Shown here piece by piece: positions 9,241 through 18,637 of a DNA stretch of 64,000 bases. The translations under genes were made by a program, and so were the position numbers. This DNA is from Dehalococcoidales bacterium (GTDB lineage Bacteria; Chloroflexota; Dehalococcoidia; Dehalococcoidales; UBA5627), in contig JAQTUQ010000004.1 in assembly GCA_028707255.1 (NCBI GenBank), positions 4,239 through 68,238 on the forward strand, given 5' to 3'. Below the pieces are notes generated by a model. It had not been told where the DNA came from. It saw nothing but the letters and a program-made list of their open reading frames with translations, and did not search any database. Numbering within the stretch: position 1 is the stretch's first letter; each line of letters begins with the position of its first letter.

Positions 9241-9332
9241 ATTACTGGCAGGTTGATGGACTTGTCGTTAAGTCAATCGGCTAAATGCTTTTTGGAAATT
9301 ACAAGCGTTCACTTGGTATAATGTAGGGGAGG

Positions 9333-9356
9333 AAAGCATGTTGGCATGCTTTTTCT
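9333..9356 (+). terminator. Rho-independent terminator candidate downstream of rph
   Basis: AAAGCATG-TTGG-CATGCTTT hairpin followed by a T-rich tract. A second hairpin (AGAGAAGCCAC...GTGGTTTCTCT + GCTTTT) follows at about 9369-9400. Confidence 0.6.
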
Positions 9357-9407
9357 CCTTTCATAACAGAGAAGCCACTCTTTTGGGTGGTTTCTCTGCT
9401 TTTACGG

Positions 9408-9561
9408 ATTCAGCATGACAACGCACAAACTGTCATTCTGGAGGGAGCACATTCGCTTCGCTCAGTATAAATTCCACGACCGAAGAATCTGGGGATGGGC
9501 GTTTTATTTTATCCCCCCACCCAAGATACTTCGTCCCGATAAATCGGGACCCCAGTATGAC
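9408..9561. repeat. Composite palindromic repeat (left half + spacer + right half)
   Basis: Left half GTCATTCTGGAGG...GAAGAATCTGGGG (9432-9494), about 18-nt spacer, right half CCCCCCACCCAAGATACTTC-GTCCCGATAAATCGGGAC-CCCAGTATGAC (9513-9561). The left half is about 90 percent identical to the inverted copy at 21211-21278. Confidence 0.85.
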
Positions 9562-9634
9562 AGATACCAACATGCTTTGAATGATTCGTCCTGACTTGTT
9601 TGGACGTCCTATGATGGCAATCGCAAAAATTATT

Positions 9635-10912
9635 CTAGCCTCTTATCTGTCCGTTGCCGAAAATTATCCATTTATAAGAGGTGATTTCTTTCAACCCGAT
9701 GGGGCCTCTGGCATGCATTTTCTGCGTGCTGATGCCGAGCTCGGCGCCCATTCCGAACTGGCTGCCGTCGGTAAAGCGGGTACTGGCATTGGCATAAACG
9801 CAGGCGGCATCCACTTCGTTGAGGAAGCGCATCGCTGAATCATAGTTTTCACTGACAATTGCCTCAGAGTGCCCCGAGCCGTATTTATCTATATGTTCAA
9901 GGGCTTCATCCAGCAATGATACCACTTTTACAGCGATAATCAGAGCCAGGAATTCTTTCCCCCAGTCCTCTTCGACAGCCGGTACCAGTTTCAGATTTTG
10001 CCCGCTCTTTTTAAGTATTTCCATGGATTTTTCGTCGCAGTGAAATTCGACGGAGGCTTTATTCATTTCGGCGGCAACCTTCGGAAGAAAGCTTGCGGCG
10101 ATATCTTTGTGCACCAGCAGACTGTCCAGTGCATTGCAGACGGTAGGTCGCTGCACCTTGGCGTTGTATACTATCTTTACCGCTTTTTCGATATCGGCTG
10201 CCGCATCGATATAGGTATGGCAAACACCGATACCTCCGGCAACTACCGGCATTACGGCATTGTCCTTTACGAATTTAATAAGACCGGCTCCGCCGCGGGG
10301 AACGACCATGTCGATATAGTCCGACATTTTTAGCATCCGGTTTACCAGCGAGCGGTCGATATCTTCTATAACCTGAACGACACCGTCGGGGAGGCCGGCT
10401 CTTTTTATGGCATCCTGTATTACTTTCGCCAGAGCCATATTGGAATGAATCGTTTCTTTTCCGCCTCTTAAAATACAGCCGTTACCCGATTTTATGCACA
10501 GGCTGGCAATATCGACCGTAACATTGGGGCGGCTTTCATAAATGGCGCCGATGACCCCCAGCGGTATGCGTTTTTTACCGATGATAAGTCCGTTGTCCAA
10601 GGTGTGCATTTCCATCACTTCGCCGATGGGGTCGGGGAGAGCGGCAACGGTCAAAACATCCTTTGACATACCCTGTATGCGTTCTGCGGTAAGCAGCAGG
10701 CGGTCCAGCATGGCGGCATTCATTCCCGAAGCCTCGGCTTCGGAATAATCGATTTTATTGGCTGCCAGAATGTCATCGCATTTAGAGATTAAATCCGCAG
10801 CAATATTATTCAGCGCCTGGTTTTTAACGGGAGTGGCTACATTTACCATGCGCTTTGAAGCGGCTTTTACGGCTTTGGCTTTATTTTCCAGTTCTGCGTT
10901 TATTGCTTCCAT
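9635..10912 (-). CDS. proA: Glutamate-5-semialdehyde dehydrogenase (gamma-glutamyl phosphate reductase)
   Basis: 425 aa, full-length similarity pattern to ProA (IYESRPNVTVD, VCNALDSLLVH, NASTRFTDG). Confidence 0.92.
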   Translation of the reverse strand: MEAINAELENKAKAVKAASKRMVNVATPVKNQALNNIAADLISKCDDILAANKIDYSEAEASGMNAAMLDRLLLTAERIQGMSKDVLTVAALPDPIGEVMEMHTLDNGLIIGKKRIPLGVIGAIYESRPNVTVDIASLCIKSGNGCILRGGKETIHSNMALAKVIQDAIKRAGLPDGVVQVIEDIDRSLVNRMLKMSDYIDMVVPRGGAGLIKFVKDNAVMPVVAGGIGVCHTYIDAAADIEKAVKIVYNAKVQRPTVCNALDSLLVHKDIAASFLPKVAAEMNKASVEFHCDEKSMEILKKSGQNLKLVPAVEEDWGKEFLALIIAVKVVSLLDEALEHIDKYGSGHSEAIVSENYDSAMRFLNEVDAACVYANASTRFTDGSQFGMGAELGISTQKMHARGPIGLKEITSYKWIIFGNGQIRG

Positions 10913-10990
10913 TTCAATTCTCCCTTTTTGTAACGGTGTGTTTATTATATAATGCCAATCAACGTAAAGGGAAATAATAATATATCGATA

Positions 10991-11302
10991 TTAAAACTCC
11001 GCTCTGCGGTTATTCCCCAGCTTTCCTCTGCCGTTAAAGTGATAGCTGTAAAAAGTCGCATTTTTTTGTGTGCTTTCGCTGTCGCTCCATATGACACAAT
11101 CACCCTTGCGCCCGTCTTCCAGCTCTATTCTGAATGTACCCGATTTTTCCAGTTGTTTGGTACACTTGAATTCACCCCACCATCTTTTTTGGGTATATTT
11201 GGTTGCTTCCGTTTCCATAAGTTGATAATCGACCTTGCAGATATGCAATTCGCTTTCCTTATCGAATAAAGCTCCGGTACCGCCGCTGTAACGAAGTGCC
11301 AT
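10991..11302 (-). CDS. Hypothetical small protein, paralog of 11349..11612
   Basis: 103 aa, own RBS (AAGGAA). Shares VDY, WWGE(F/L), IELEDGR(K/R)G.C and Y.FNG.G blocks with the neighbouring ORF. Confidence 0.6.
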   Translation of the reverse strand: MALRYSGGTGALFDKESELHICKVDYQLMETEATKYTQKRWWGEFKCTKQLEKSGTFRIELEDGRKGDCVIWSDSESTQKNATFYSYHFNGRGKLGNNRRAEF

Positions 11303-11348
11303 AGCGTGTTCCTTGTTTTTATTTCATATTTATCTGCAGGATTTATGT

Positions 11349-11612
11349 CTATTTTATGTTACCGTTGCCGTTAAAAACATAACAAAAGAGCGGAGAGAGG
11401 CCGTAAACGGCGCGGTTCACCTTCTTTTTTAATGAACATCTGCCCCTTCTGCCGTCTTCCAGCTCTATGATATATCCGTTGCCCTCAGCTATCTTTTTAT
11501 ATTCCGAGAGAGTGAGCTCCCCCCACCAGTTTTGAGAAATTCCGTTGAAATATTTATAATCTACTTCTGCTATCAGTTCTCCATCGTAGTTATACAGTTT
11601 CCCCTGGCTCAT
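11349..11612 (-). CDS. Hypothetical small protein, paralog of 10991..11302
   Basis: 87 aa, RBS AAAGGGGA 5 nt upstream of the ATG, starting 24 nt after the proB stop. Carries the same conserved blocks as its neighbour. Confidence 0.6.
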   Translation of the reverse strand: MSQGKLYNYDGELIAEVDYKYFNGISQNWWGELTLSEYKKIAEGNGYIIELEDGRRGRCSLKKKVNRAVYGLSPLFCYVFNGNGNIK

Positions 11613-11635
11613 TTAATCCCCTTTTTGCAATTTAA

Positions 11636-12763
11636 TTAAAGTATTATCAGATTGTTGCGGTGTATCACTTCCGCTCCCGAGTCATGCCCCAGTAAAGCGG
11701 CAATCTGTTTTGACTGTGCCCCCATAATTGTTTCGACCTCGGCAGAACCATAGTTGGTTATGCCGCAACCGATGCGAACTCCTTCTGCATCCAATATATT
11801 GACGATATCGCCTCTCTGGTATTTTCCCTGGCTTTCGCGTATTCCGGCAGCTAAAAGGCTGCTGTTTTTTTGTTTCAGTGCGTTTGCAGCGCCATCATCA
11901 ACAGTAAGCTTGCCCTTGATACACAAGCCGCTCACCATCCAGCGTTTACGGCTGTCGTAATGTTTTGGTGTCGGAACAAAAAGCGTACCTATTCCCTCGC
12001 CGCAGGTTATTCTCCGAAGAATATCGGGCTCATGACCGTTTGCAATGATTACGGGAATTCCGGAAGAAGTCGCCAGTTTGGCTGCTTCGATTTTGGTTGT
12101 CATACCGCCGGTGCCGATATTGCTGCCTGCATTGCCTGCCAGCCTTTCGATTTCGGGGGTTATTTTTTCAACACAATTAATCAGGGTGGCATCCGGGTTA
12201 TAGCGCGGGTCAGCGCTATACAAACCGGCTATATCAGTCAATATCAGTAAAAGGTCGGCATCTATCAAATTGGCTACCATTGCCGAAAGGTTGTCATTAT
12301 CTCCGAATTTAGCTTCGTGCAATTCGTCGATAGCCACCACGTCGTTTTCGTTGATTACTCCGATTATCTTTAAATCCATAAGATTTAAAAGAGTATTGCG
12401 TGCATTGAGATAGCCGGCTCTGTCAGAGAGTTCCGCCTTAGTCAGCAGCGCCTGTGCTATAAGGATATCGTGCCTGTCGAAGAGTTGCTCGTAAACATTC
12501 ATTAACCGCGCTTGCCCGACGGCTGCCAACACCTGCTTATAGGGTATCCCTTTTATTCCGTTGGCTTTTCCCAGCTTATACCTTCCGGCGGCAATGGCTC
12601 CGGAAGAAACTACAATTATTTCCAGCCCCTGTTTGTGTAATTCGGCAATCTGCGATACGAGCGATGCCATCATTTCGACATCAAGACACTGGCTGCCGTT
12701 TGTCAGCAGGTTGGAACCGAGTTTGATAACTATTCGTTTATAAGGTAACGATGAGTTCTTCAT
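11636..12763 (-). CDS. proB: Glutamate 5-kinase (with C-terminal PUA domain)
   Basis: 375 aa. [20 protein letters not shown] and FGDNDNLSA motifs, plus a PUA-like C-terminus. Confidence 0.92.
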   Translation of the reverse strand: MKNSSLPYKRIVIKLGSNLLTNGSQCLDVEMMASLVSQIAELHKQGLEIIVVSSGAIAAGRYKLGKANGIKGIPYKQVLAAVGQARLMNVYEQLFDRHDILIAQALLTKAELSDRAGYLNARNTLLNLMDLKIIGVINENDVVAIDELHEAKFGDNDNLSAMVANLIDADLLLILTDIAGLYSADPRYNPDATLINCVEKITPEIERLAGNAGSNIGTGGMTTKIEAAKLATSSGIPVIIANGHEPDILRRITCGEGIGTLFVPTPKHYDSRKRWMVSGLCIKGKLTVDDGAANALKQKNSSLLAAGIRESQGKYQRGDIVNILDAEGVRIGCGITNYGSAEVETIMGAQSKQIAALLGHDSGAEVIHRNNLIIL

Positions 12764-12808
12764 TATATTGTCCGCTATATTTCAACCATTATAGCAATGA
12801 GCGACAAG

Positions 12809-12837
12809 TTGGACAAGCAGGGAAGGTATGATACAAT
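12809..12837 (+). promoter_or_regulatory. Promoter candidate for mfd (extended -10)
   Basis: TTGGAC (12809-12814), 17 nt spacer, TGaTACAAT (12829-12837). Followed by hairpin GGGCTAGT-8 nt-ACTAGCCC at 12847-12870 in the 5' UTR. Confidence 0.45.
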
Positions 12838-12897
12838 TTATGCGACGGGCTAGTTCGTTATGACTAGCCCTGAAGGCGTTTGTAAAAAGGGAAAAAT

Positions 12898-15800
12898 TTG
12901 AATAGTTTACTGGTTCTGATATCTGAGATGCCGGAATACGGGCGGCTGCTGGAAGAAATTAAAAACCAGGGGGAAATAGGCGATATCCCGCTTTTGAATG
13001 CCGCTAAGCCCTACCTCATTTCTGCCCTGTATCAGGATTTAAAAGTCCCGCTGATTGTAATAACGGCGAAAGCGGATAATGCCAGCAGGTTGAAAGACCA
13101 GATAGTCGCCTGGTGTGGTTCGGAAAATAATATAGACCTCTTTCCGGAGCCGGATACGCTGCCTTATCAAAGGGTAACCTCCGACAATTTCAGCGAGACA
13201 GAAAAAATCCGCCTGCTATCGGGTTTATTGAAATACAAGAAAAGTAGTCCCCAACCGTTGATTATAATGTCCGCGCAATCACTGATGCAGAAAGTTAACG
13301 TGCTTGAAGATTTCAGTTCATCGTATCACATGATTAAGCTCGGAATGCAGGCGGAACCCTGCGAATTGTTGAAGAAATGGCAATCGCTGGGTTACAAGAG
13401 CGAAAGCGTTGTCGAATTGCCGGGCAGTATGAGCCATCGCGGCGGTATTCTCGATATCTATCCCCTGACATCCGATAAACCTGTCAGGATGGAATTTATG
13501 GGAAATACCATAGATAGCCTGCGTTTTTTCGACCCGCAAACGCAACGTTCGCTCGAATCTGTTGCCTGCGTTGAAATAGGGCTGGCTGCCGAACTGCTAT
13601 CTCCGCTCTCCATGGAACAGCCGCAACTAAAAAAGATAATCGATGCTATCGATATAGCCGGTTGCAACGCCGATATGAAAATGCAGTACAAACAGGATTT
13701 GAACATGTTTTTAGAGGGGCGCATGCCGGCAGGGAAGCAGTTTTATGCGCCGTTATTCAATACGGGCAACGTTTTGGATTATCTCCCGGCGGATTCCCTG
13801 ATTATCCTTGATGAAGAGCAGAATCTTCGCCAAACAATCCAATTCCTCGATGAGGAAATTGAACAACTAAGGCAGGATAAACTGGCAAAGCGGGAATTGC
13901 CCCGTAATTATCCCTCGCCGTATTTCTCCATCCGGGAGATACAATCGCGTTTGAATGAAAAGCGGAAACTAAATCTGGTTTCCTGGGGGGATGAACCCCG
14001 TCTCGCTTTTTCGGCAGCCCAAGATTTTGGCGGTAATCTGCCCGCCTTCGTAAATGATATCAGTAATCTGCTGGCGACTAAAAAGAGGATAGTCGTGGTC
14101 ACTCGTCAATCCGAACGGCTTTCCGAATTGCTGGCTGACGAGGATATTTTTAGCGTTAACCTCGATAAAGAAGCAGGTCAAGTCCCCGCATTCGGAAAAA
14201 TATCGATTGCCGGCGGTGCGGCAAGCGATGGCTGGGTGATGAACGGCGATACCTTTCTATTTACCGACAGCGAAATATTCGGCTTTATCAAGCAAAGAAG
14301 GTTCGTTAAAAAACGTCCGGTAGCTAAAATCAAGCTCTATGAGGATATCAACCCCGGTGATTACGTGGTCCACATTGAGCATGGCATAGCCAAATTTAGC
14401 GGAATTACGAGAATAGGCACTTCTTCTATCGAATACATGCTTCTGGAATACGCCGAAGGCGACAGGTTATATGTTCCCGTAGACCAGATAGACCGTGTCG
14501 GGCGTTATATCGGAGGCAGCGATAAAACACCGGTACTTAATCGTCTGGGAACGCAGGATTGGGCAAAAGCCAGGCAAAAAGCGCAGAAATCCGTCGAGGA
14601 TGTGGCCGAAGAGCTATTGAATCTCTATGCGGCAAGGGAAGCGGCTTCGGGTTTTGCATTTTCCCCGGATACGGTCTGGCAGCAGGAGCTGGAAGCCTCA
14701 TTCCCTTATGTCGAAACACCCGACCAGATGACGGTGCAGTGGGAAGTAAAAGAGGATATGGCTAAAGCCAAGCCGATGGACAGGCTGATTATGGGGGATG
14801 TCGGCTACGGAAAAACGGAGGTTGCCCTGCGCGCCGCTTTCAAGGCGGTTATGGACAACAAGCAGGTGGCGGTGCTGGTACCGACGACAGTGCTTGCCGA
14901 GCAGCACTTTGCAACATTTACGCAGAGATTAAAGGCGTTTCCTATTAGAGTCGAAGTCCTGAGCCGTTTTCGCACCCATAAACAGCAGCAGGAGATTATC
15001 TCAAGGCTGGCTGAAGGCAAGGTTGATATATGTATCGGCACTCATCGTCTGATACAGAAGGATGTAGTTTTTAAAGACCTCGGTCTTTTAATCATCGATG
15101 AAGAACAACGCTTCGGGGTAAACCACAAGGAGTATTTGAAAAACATTCGCAAAGAAGTAGACGTGCTGGCTATGAGCGCCACACCCATCCCGCGTACTCT
15201 GCATATGTCTCTGGCGGGGGTACGCGATATGAGCATTATCGAAACACCTCCCGAAGAAAGGCTGCCGGTAAGAACCTATGTGGCTGAATACGATGGGCAA
15301 CTGGTAAAAGAAGCCGTTATGAAAGAGATGGAGCGCAACGGTCAGGTCTTTTTCGTGCATAACCGTGTCCAGAGTATCGGTATGATAGCCGGAAAGGTCA
15401 GGGAACTGGTTCCTTTCGCTAAAATCGCCGTTGCTCACGGTCGTATGACCGAAGGTGAACTGGAAAGCGTGATGTCCGATTTTTCGCGCGGTGATATCGA
15501 TATCCTTGTCTGTACCACCATTATCGAATCCGGGCTGGACGTTCCCAATGCCAATACGCTTATTATCAATCAGGCGGATAAGTTCGGGTTGACGCAGCTC
15601 TACCAGTTAAGGGGCAGGGTGGGGCGGGGAGCCAACCTGGCTTATGCCTATTTTCTCTACGATAAAGGGAAGCTCATCACAGAAGAGGCACGTCAGCGTT
15701 TAAACGTCATCTATGAAGCCACCGAGCTGGGCGCCGGTGTGAGCATTGCCATGAAAGATTTGGAAATCAGGGGCGCCGGCAATCTACTGGGAATGAAGCA

Positions 15801-16335
15801 GAGCGGGCATATCAATGCCGTTGGTTTCAGTTTATATACCCGTTTGCTTTCCGAGGCGGTGGCAGATATCAGGTACAGGCAGAAGGGGGAGCAAGCGTCG
15901 CGAGTAAAGCATCTGCCGCAGACGACCGTAGATTTGCCGCTTAACGCTTTAATACCGGAATGGTATGTTGCCGATGTTGCCGTCAGATTGAATTTGTATC
16001 ACAGGATAGCGGATATAAAAAATGAAAACGAGTTAAAAAATCTGGTGCAGGAGTTTGGCGACCGTTTCGGGGCTTTGCCGCCGGAGGTTAAAAATCTGCT
16101 GTTTGTGGTGCATATCAGGTTGAAAGCAGGCAGGGCAGGCGTTAAATCGATTGTTGCCGAGGACGGGAAAATTGTCATCCGCCTGCTTGAGGGATTACAA
16201 CTGGAGAGGCACAAGACGGCACTTCTGCCTAAAACAGGAATAACAATGGGAAGAACGCAGTTGAATATCGATTACAAGAGGTTTGGAAAAGACTGGGGTA
16301 AGGCGCTTGAACAGGTACTGGATATCATTAAATAG
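12898..16335 (+). CDS. mfd: Transcription-repair coupling factor
   Basis: 1145 aa. Superfamily-2 helicase motifs GDVGYGKTEVA, DEEQRFG, SATPIPRTL and QLRGRVGR, with UvrB-homology N-terminus and TRCF C-terminus. TTG start. Confidence 0.93.
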   Translation: MNSLLVLISEMPEYGRLLEEIKNQGEIGDIPLLNAAKPYLISALYQDLKVPLIVITAKADNASRLKDQIVAWCGSENNIDLFPEPDTLPYQRVTSDNFSETEKIRLLSGLLKYKKSSPQPLIIMSAQSLMQKVNVLEDFSSSYHMIKLGMQAEPCELLKKWQSLGYKSESVVELPGSMSHRGGILDIYPLTSDKPVRMEFMGNTIDSLRFFDPQTQRSLESVACVEIGLAAELLSPLSMEQPQLKKIIDAIDIAGCNADMKMQYKQDLNMFLEGRMPAGKQFYAPLFNTGNVLDYLPADSLIILDEEQNLRQTIQFLDEEIEQLRQDKLAKRELPRNYPSPYFSIREIQSRLNEKRKLNLVSWGDEPRLAFSAAQDFGGNLPAFVNDISNLLATKKRIVVVTRQSERLSELLADEDIFSVNLDKEAGQVPAFGKISIAGGAASDGWVMNGDTFLFTDSEIFGFIKQRRFVKKRPVAKIKLYEDINPGDYVVHIEHGIAKFSGITRIGTSSIEYMLLEYAEGDRLYVPVDQIDRVGRYIGGSDKTPVLNRLGTQDWAKARQKAQKSVEDVAEELLNLYAAREAASGFAFSPDTVWQQELEASFPYVETPDQMTVQWEVKEDMAKAKPMDRLIMGDVGYGKTEVALRAAFKAVMDNKQVAVLVPTTVLAEQHFATFTQRLKAFPIRVEVLSRFRTHKQQQEIISRLAEGKVDICIGTHRLIQKDVVFKDLGLLIIDEEQRFGVNHKEYLKNIRKEVDVLAMSATPIPRTLHMSLAGVRDMSIIETPPEERLPVRTYVAEYDGQLVKEAVMKEMERNGQVFFVHNRVQSIGMIAGKVRELVPFAKIAVAHGRMTEGELESVMSDFSRGDIDILVCTTIIESGLDVPNANTLIINQADKFGLTQLYQLRGRVGRGANLAYAYFLYDKGKLITEEARQRLNVIYEATELGAGVSIAMKDLEIRGAGNLLGMKQSGHINAVGFSLYTRLLSEAVADIRYRQKGEQASRVKHLPQTTVDLPLNALIPEWYVADVAVRLNLYHRIADIKNENELKNLVQEFGDRFGALPPEVKNLLFVVHIRLKAGRAGVKSIVAEDGKIVIRLLEGLQLERHKTALLPKTGITMGRTQLNIDYKRFGKDWGKALEQVLDIIK

Positions 16336-16395
16336 ACATAAACGATTATCGGGATAAATTACAAGGTATTCCGCAAATCCTGTGCGTAATAATGA

Positions 16396-16764
16396 CTACC
16401 TGCCACGTTTTTTCTCGAACAGTTTATTGATAATCGAACGCTTTTTAACAGGTTCGGTATCCGTGAGTCTTGAGTTATCAGTCATTCCGGCGCGGGGGTT
16501 TTTCTGTTTATCAGCAGAGCCCAGATTTCTAATGTAGTCGATGGCATCCTGTACCGTCTTGATACTTTCGGCATCTTCGTCCGGAATACTTATCGCATGC
16601 TCGGGGGTGCTGAACTCCTCTTCCATTGCCATTGTCAATTCTACAAGGTCAAGAGAATCGGCGTTTAAATCTTCTACGAAACGGGCATTAGGCATCACTT
16701 CATTTTCGGTTACACCAAGTTGATTGGCGACAATTTTTTTAATTCTTTCGGAAACGGTTGCCAT
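16396..16764 (-). CDS. acpP: Acyl carrier protein with about 40-aa basic C-terminal extension
   Basis: [20 protein letters not shown] phosphopantetheine-attachment motif. 122 aa, versus about 75-80 aa typical. Confidence 0.8.
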   Translation of the reverse strand: MATVSERIKKIVANQLGVTENEVMPNARFVEDLNADSLDLVELTMAMEEEFSTPEHAISIPDEDAESIKTVQDAIDYIRNLGSADKQKNPRAGMTDNSRLTDTEPVKKRSIINKLFEKKRGR

Positions 16765-16778
16765 TGTTCACCTCCATT

Positions 16779-17192
16779 TTACTGTCTGGTCGCCAGGTTG
16801 CTGACGGAGCTTAACACTCCGTTAATAAACCTCGGCGAACTGTCGCTGCCGAAGTTTTTAGCCAGCTCGACAGCTTCATTTATAGCTACTTTGATCGGTG
16901 TCTTATTATCAAACAAGAGTTCGAATATTGCAAGCCTCAGTATATTACGGTCGATAACGGAGATCTGGGCGATAGGCCAGGTGGGGGCAAACTGTTTAAT
17001 ATTGGCATCGATTTGTTTTCTGTTATCGAGTACGCCGGATACCAGTTCCTTGACAAATTCGGTATTTTCTTCGGTCAATACTTCTTCGGCAAGCGAATGC
17101 TGTATTACATCCTCGGGTTTATGTCCTACCGAATCCACTTCATACAATACCTGAAGCGCAACTGCCCTTGACTTCCTTCTGGCTCCTGTCAT
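16779..17192 (-). CDS. nusB: Transcription antitermination factor NusB
   Basis: 137 aa. [14 protein letters not shown]... and [10 protein letters not shown]...FINGVL are typical of NusB. Confidence 0.85.
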   Translation of the reverse strand: MTGARRKSRAVALQVLYEVDSVGHKPEDVIQHSLAEEVLTEENTEFVKELVSGVLDNRKQIDANIKQFAPTWPIAQISVIDRNILRLAIFELLFDNKTPIKVAINEAVELAKNFGSDSSPRFINGVLSSVSNLATRQ

Positions 17193-17557
17193 ATGTTAAC
17201 TCCGCTTACTCGAAATTATCGGCTTATATTATATCACTGCTTGATAAATCGGTGGTAATTTGAATCTTTTTATATTAATAAGGTAACGATAGGATGCTTT
17301 TATTTTCATTGTAACGCATACATATAAAATTTCAAGCGGCTTTCATTTTCGATTGTTGAAGTCATTGCCGAAATCATGTTCATCTATCGATTTAATATTA
17401 CAATAAGGAAATATTTTTGAATTAATAATGAATAAGGCCGCTTTTCATTCCGATGCCGGCGTGCCGGTTAAAGAATATGAGCGACCTTAAATGTTTAACA
17501 TCTATTTACTTTTCAGATTTATCGAATGGAAAACGACTGCCGGATTGGTAAAGCGGT

Positions 17558-17758
17558 TTACTTCGATTTCTTTTTCGGGCTTTTTACCTCTACTGCTTCT
17601 CTGCCGTCATAATTTCCGCAGGTCGCGCAAGCATGATGCGGAAGTTGGGCGCTGCCGCACTGAGGGCAATTCATAAGGGCTTTCGGCGTCAAAGCGAGAT
17701 GACTGCGTCTTTCGCCCTGTCTTGCTTTGGCCGTTTTACGTTTAGGTAATGGTGTCAT
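17558..17758 (-). CDS. rpmF: 50S ribosomal protein L32
   Basis: PKRKTAKARQGERRSH...CPQCGSAQLPHHACATCGNY. Confidence 0.9.
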   Translation of the reverse strand: MTPLPKRKTAKARQGERRSHLALTPKALMNCPQCGSAQLPHHACATCGNYDGREAVEVKSPKKKSK

Positions 17759-17825
17759 ACTTCACTCCGTTTCTAATCCTTTAATGTAACTATCTATCTT
17801 ACCATAATGGTATAAAATTTTAAAA

Positions 17826-18242
17826 TCAACCCCCGTTGCAATTTTTATCGCACAGAGGTTTCATAGGTATGGCAATTAACGTATACTGTCTGATGGCTTC
17901 CGTCAGGTCAAGTATCTGGTGTTCGTCGATGGTGAAGCTGTCGGATTCTTCGGGGGATGGCATGGGATATCCGCTTCCCATATCGAGAACCGGAAAGTAT
18001 TCCTCTTCGATAATTACCTCAAGCGGACAATTGAAATCTTCCAGGCAGCGGGCACAAGTCGTTTTTACGGACACGCTGAATTTGCCTTTTACCAGGATGC
18101 TGCGGTTGGTGCGGGTCAGTTTAACATTGCCTTTAACCGGAATTGTTAAATTATCTTCCTTATCATCGATTGTTTCATCGATTTCATAATCGCGTGAAGC
18201 ACCGATCGATTCTTTAAGTAAACTGGAAACATTTATTTGCAC
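17826..18242 (-). CDS. DUF177 / YceD family protein
   Basis: 138 aa directly upstream of rpmF (a conserved pairing), with the C-terminal CxxC...C pattern (CARCLEDFNCP, PLCDKNC). GTG start. Confidence 0.75.
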   Translation of the reverse strand: MQINVSSLLKESIGASRDYEIDETIDDKEDNLTIPVKGNVKLTRTNRSILVKGKFSVSVKTTCARCLEDFNCPLEVIIEEEYFPVLDMGSGYPMPSPEESDSFTIDEHQILDLTEAIRQYTLIAIPMKPLCDKNCNGG

Positions 18243-18399
18243 TTTTGTTCCTTATAATCCATATACTATGATAGTAATTATACTCATGGCAACGATGTTA
18301 CTGCAAACTCTTGACAGTTTATGCGCCGGGTTTTAACCGATTTGACAGGTATAACCCTTCAATCTATAATCCAGTTATATTTATCAAGGGGGGAATTCA

Positions 18400-18630
18400 A
18401 TGAACGCAAGAGCTTATGTACTGGTAGAGACTGCAGTTGGTAAAACCAAGACCGTTGTAACCTCTCTGAAAAAAATGGAAGGCGTAAAGTCGGTCGATAC
18501 CGTTACCGGCCCCTATGATGTTATTGCCATTGTAGAAGCAGATACCTTGAACGATGTGGGGGATATTATTACCGGCAGAATTCATACCGTAGAAGGTATA
18601 TCCCGCACGGTAACCTGCCTCGTAGTTTAA
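18400..18630 (+). CDS. Stand-alone Lrp/AsnC ligand-binding (RAM) domain protein
   Basis: 76 aa. AYVLVETAVGKTKTVVTSLKKMEGVKSVDTVTGPYDVIAIVEA pattern of small AsnC-type domains. RBS AAGGGGGG. Confidence 0.7.
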   Translation: MNARAYVLVETAVGKTKTVVTSLKKMEGVKSVDTVTGPYDVIAIVEADTLNDVGDIITGRIHTVEGISRTVTCLVV

Positions 18631-18637
18631 CCGGGAG

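Noticed and set aside
9581-9838. 85-aa plus-strand ORF at the proA 3' end
   Set aside because: It is antisense to proA and starts within the repeat-rich spacer, with no supporting signals.
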